A stretch of 32,000 nucleotides of DNA from Candidatus Pacearchaeota archaeon (GTDB taxonomy: Archaea; Nanobdellota; Nanobdellia; Pacearchaeales; GW2011-AR1): positions 5,777 through 37,776 of the forward strand of contig JACPLT010000022.1 in assembly GCA_016186365.1 (NCBI GenBank), in the 5' to 3' direction. The position numbers and the translations under genes were made by a program. The notes under the pieces are model-generated. The model was not told the DNA's origin. It saw only the letters and a program-made list of their open reading frames with translations, and did no database searches. Position 1 is the stretch's first letter, and each line of letters starts with the position of its first letter. Positions 30,791-32,000 of the stretch are shown piece by piece.

Positions 30791-31060
30791 ATGGCAAATA
30801 TAAGTGTAACAAAAATGAGTTCAAAGGGGCAGATAGTAATTCCTCTAGATATGAGAGAAGGTATGAAAGAGGGAGACAAAATTGTCATAATTAAAAATGA
30901 TAACCAGCTTATTCTTAAAAAAGCAGACGATTTTGACAAGAACATAGAAGAAGATTTGGAATTTGCGAGAAGAACAGAAGAAGCTTGGAAACAAATTGAA
31001 AGAGGAGAAAAGGTTAGCATGGAATTTAAGGATTTTATTGAAGAAATGAAAAAATGGTGA
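30791..31060 (+). CDS. AbrB/SpoVT-family antitoxin
   Basis: SpoVT/AbrB looped-hinge motif SSKGQIVIPLDMREGMKEGDKIVI. It overlaps the downstream toxin gene by 7 nt. Confidence 0.75.
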   Translation: MANISVTKMSSKGQIVIPLDMREGMKEGDKIVIIKNDNQLILKKADDFDKNIEEDLEFARRTEEAWKQIERGEKVSMEFKDFIEEMKKW

Positions 31061-31302
31061 GGGTTGAGGCCAGCAAAAATTTTGAAGAGGTTTTCAAAAA
31101 GATAAAAGATGTTTCTACAAAAGAAAAAATAATAAAACAAATTGAAAAAATCAAGAATAATCCGGAAATCGGCAAACCAATGAGATTTAACAGAAAGGGG
31201 ACAAGAGAGGTTTATGTTTCTCCTTTTAGATTGTCTTATGAATATGTTATAAATGAAGAAATGTTGTTTTTATTAGACCTATATCACAAAGACGAACAAT
31301 AA
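31054..31302 (+). CDS. RelE/ParE-superfamily type II toxin
   Basis: 82 aa. The C-terminal half REVYVSPFRLSYEYVINEEMLFLLDLYHKDEQ is typical of RelE/StbE-like toxins. Confidence 0.68.
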   Translation: MVRVEASKNFEEVFKKIKDVSTKEKIIKQIEKIKNNPEIGKPMRFNRKGTREVYVSPFRLSYEYVINEEMLFLLDLYHKDEQ

Positions 31303-31357
31303 TCAATTTTTTAGTGGGGTTACCAATATTTAAAAAGCTGTGAAATGTTTAGTTATA

Positions 31358-31885
31358 ATGAAAGGGATGAAAATTATGTTCTTGGTGATGCTGTTATCTT
31401 TAGCAATAGCTTTCATGTGGAATTCAATTCCTATTATAAAAGAGGCAGTGCATTCTGTTCTTGATCCTACAGCAGGGAAATTGCTTGACTGGAGCAAACT
31501 TGGAGGAATGATTCTTGTAGTTTTGGTTATAACTGCGATAAGCACGATATTCCAGAAATACGGAACAGACCAGGAAGAGCTGAAAAAACTAAAACAAGAG
31601 CAGAAAATACTTCAGGAAGAAATGAAAAAATATAAAGAGCATCCTGAAAAACTTCTTGAACTGCAGAAAAAACAGTTTGAATTTATTCCTAAGACGATGG
31701 ATTTAACAATGAAGCCGTTAGTTTATACATTCATTCCTTTTGTCCTGTTTTTTAGATGGTTTAGTGATTATTTTTCAGCTTTTGCAGATTACAGATTTTT
31801 TGGATTTTTATCTTGGTTCTGGTTTTATCTAATTGCCAGCATTTTTTTGGGTTCTATTCTAAGAAAAGTTTTTAAACTTGCTTAG
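31358..31885 (+). CDS. DUF106 / EMC3-like membrane insertase (archaeal YidC/Oxa1 homologue); start moved to ATG 31358
   Basis: A TM helix is followed by a coiled coil (QEELKKLKQEQKILQEEMKKYK) and then more TM helices. The first T of the TTTAAAAA TATA, at 31329, is 29 nt before ATG 31358. Confidence 0.68.
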   Translation: MKGMKIMFLVMLLSLAIAFMWNSIPIIKEAVHSVLDPTAGKLLDWSKLGGMILVVLVITAISTIFQKYGTDQEELKKLKQEQKILQEEMKKYKEHPEKLLELQKKQFEFIPKTMDLTMKPLVYTFIPFVLFFRWFSDYFSAFADYRFFGFLSWFWFYLIASIFLGSILRKVFKLA

Positions 31886-31892
31886 TGAACCT

Positions 31893-31912
31893 CTCCGCAG
31901 CAAGCTGCGGAG
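31893..31912. repeat. GC-rich perfect hairpin CTCCGCAGC-AA-GCTGCGGAG between convergent gene ends
   Basis: A 9-bp stem, atypically GC-rich for this window, lying 5 nt from the tnpA-like stop. It is a candidate IS200/IS605 subterminal hairpin or a terminator. Confidence 0.6.
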
Positions 31913-31916
31913 CATC

Positions 31917-32000
31917 TTAGATAAACTCAAATAATTTTAACTGCTCTCCTTTTCTTCCCTGATTTTTTATGTATTCCCTGATGATGTCTGCATTAATCCC
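31917..32000 (-). mobile_element. tnpA: 3' end of an IS200/IS605-family (Y1) transposase gene; the rest lies outside the window
   Basis: The reverse strand reads GINADIIREYIKNQGRKGEQLKLFEFI*. This resembles the IS200 TnpA C-terminus as I recall it (..KIQDYIKHQ....GEQL..). Confidence 0.5.

Noticed and set aside
30787-31140. 117-aa - strand ORF overlapping the toxin-antitoxin genes
   Set aside because: It lies opposite the AbrB/RelE pair, whose motifs, promoter and 7-nt overlap are convincing, and its translation is low-complexity.

Overview
AT-rich archaeal chromosomal window. Archaea-specific ribosomal proteins (S4e, L32e, L19e, P0/P1, aSUI1), leaderless-type promoters and reduced gene content suggest a small-genome, DPANN-like archaeon; that assignment is inference. 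The + strand carries an M50 protease 3' end, a 22-aa basic ORF, taw1, the L1-P0-P1 operon, an intron-containing tRNA-Ser, and a 12.2-kb operon running L3-L4-L23-L2-S19-L22-S3-L29-aSUI1-S17-L14-L24-S4e-L5-S14-S8-L6-L32e-L19e-L18-S5-L30-L15-SecY. After SecY come an AbrB/RelE toxin-antitoxin pair and a DUF106 (YidC-like) gene. The - strand carries a tight four-gene operon of unknown function, a wHTH regulator, two large paralogous sequon-rich surface proteins, an RCK-domain membrane protein, AMP/thymidine phosphorylase, an AI-2E permease, a membrane-anchored hypothetical protein, and the 3' end of an IS200-like tnpA at the window edge. The main finding concerns the long spacers of the ribosomal-protein operon. 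Every spacer over 40 nt, plus the L1 leader, is built from a shuffled set of perfect RNA hairpin modules, and the hairpin stems show compensatory base changes between copies. Each spacer inside the operon is also kept open as a short relay ORF joined to the flanking genes, most by ATGA stop/start overlaps and the rest by 1-12 nt gaps or a short out-of-frame overlap. The hairpin next to each downstream start codon carries a Shine-Dalgarno-like purine run in its loop. This looks like a structured translational-coupling device, or a junction-targeting mini-element, that I cannot match to anything described. The second finding is that the tRNA-Ser is flanked by duplications of its own 5' and 3' ends, and the upstream duplication encloses a 75-nt cloverleaf-shaped structure.
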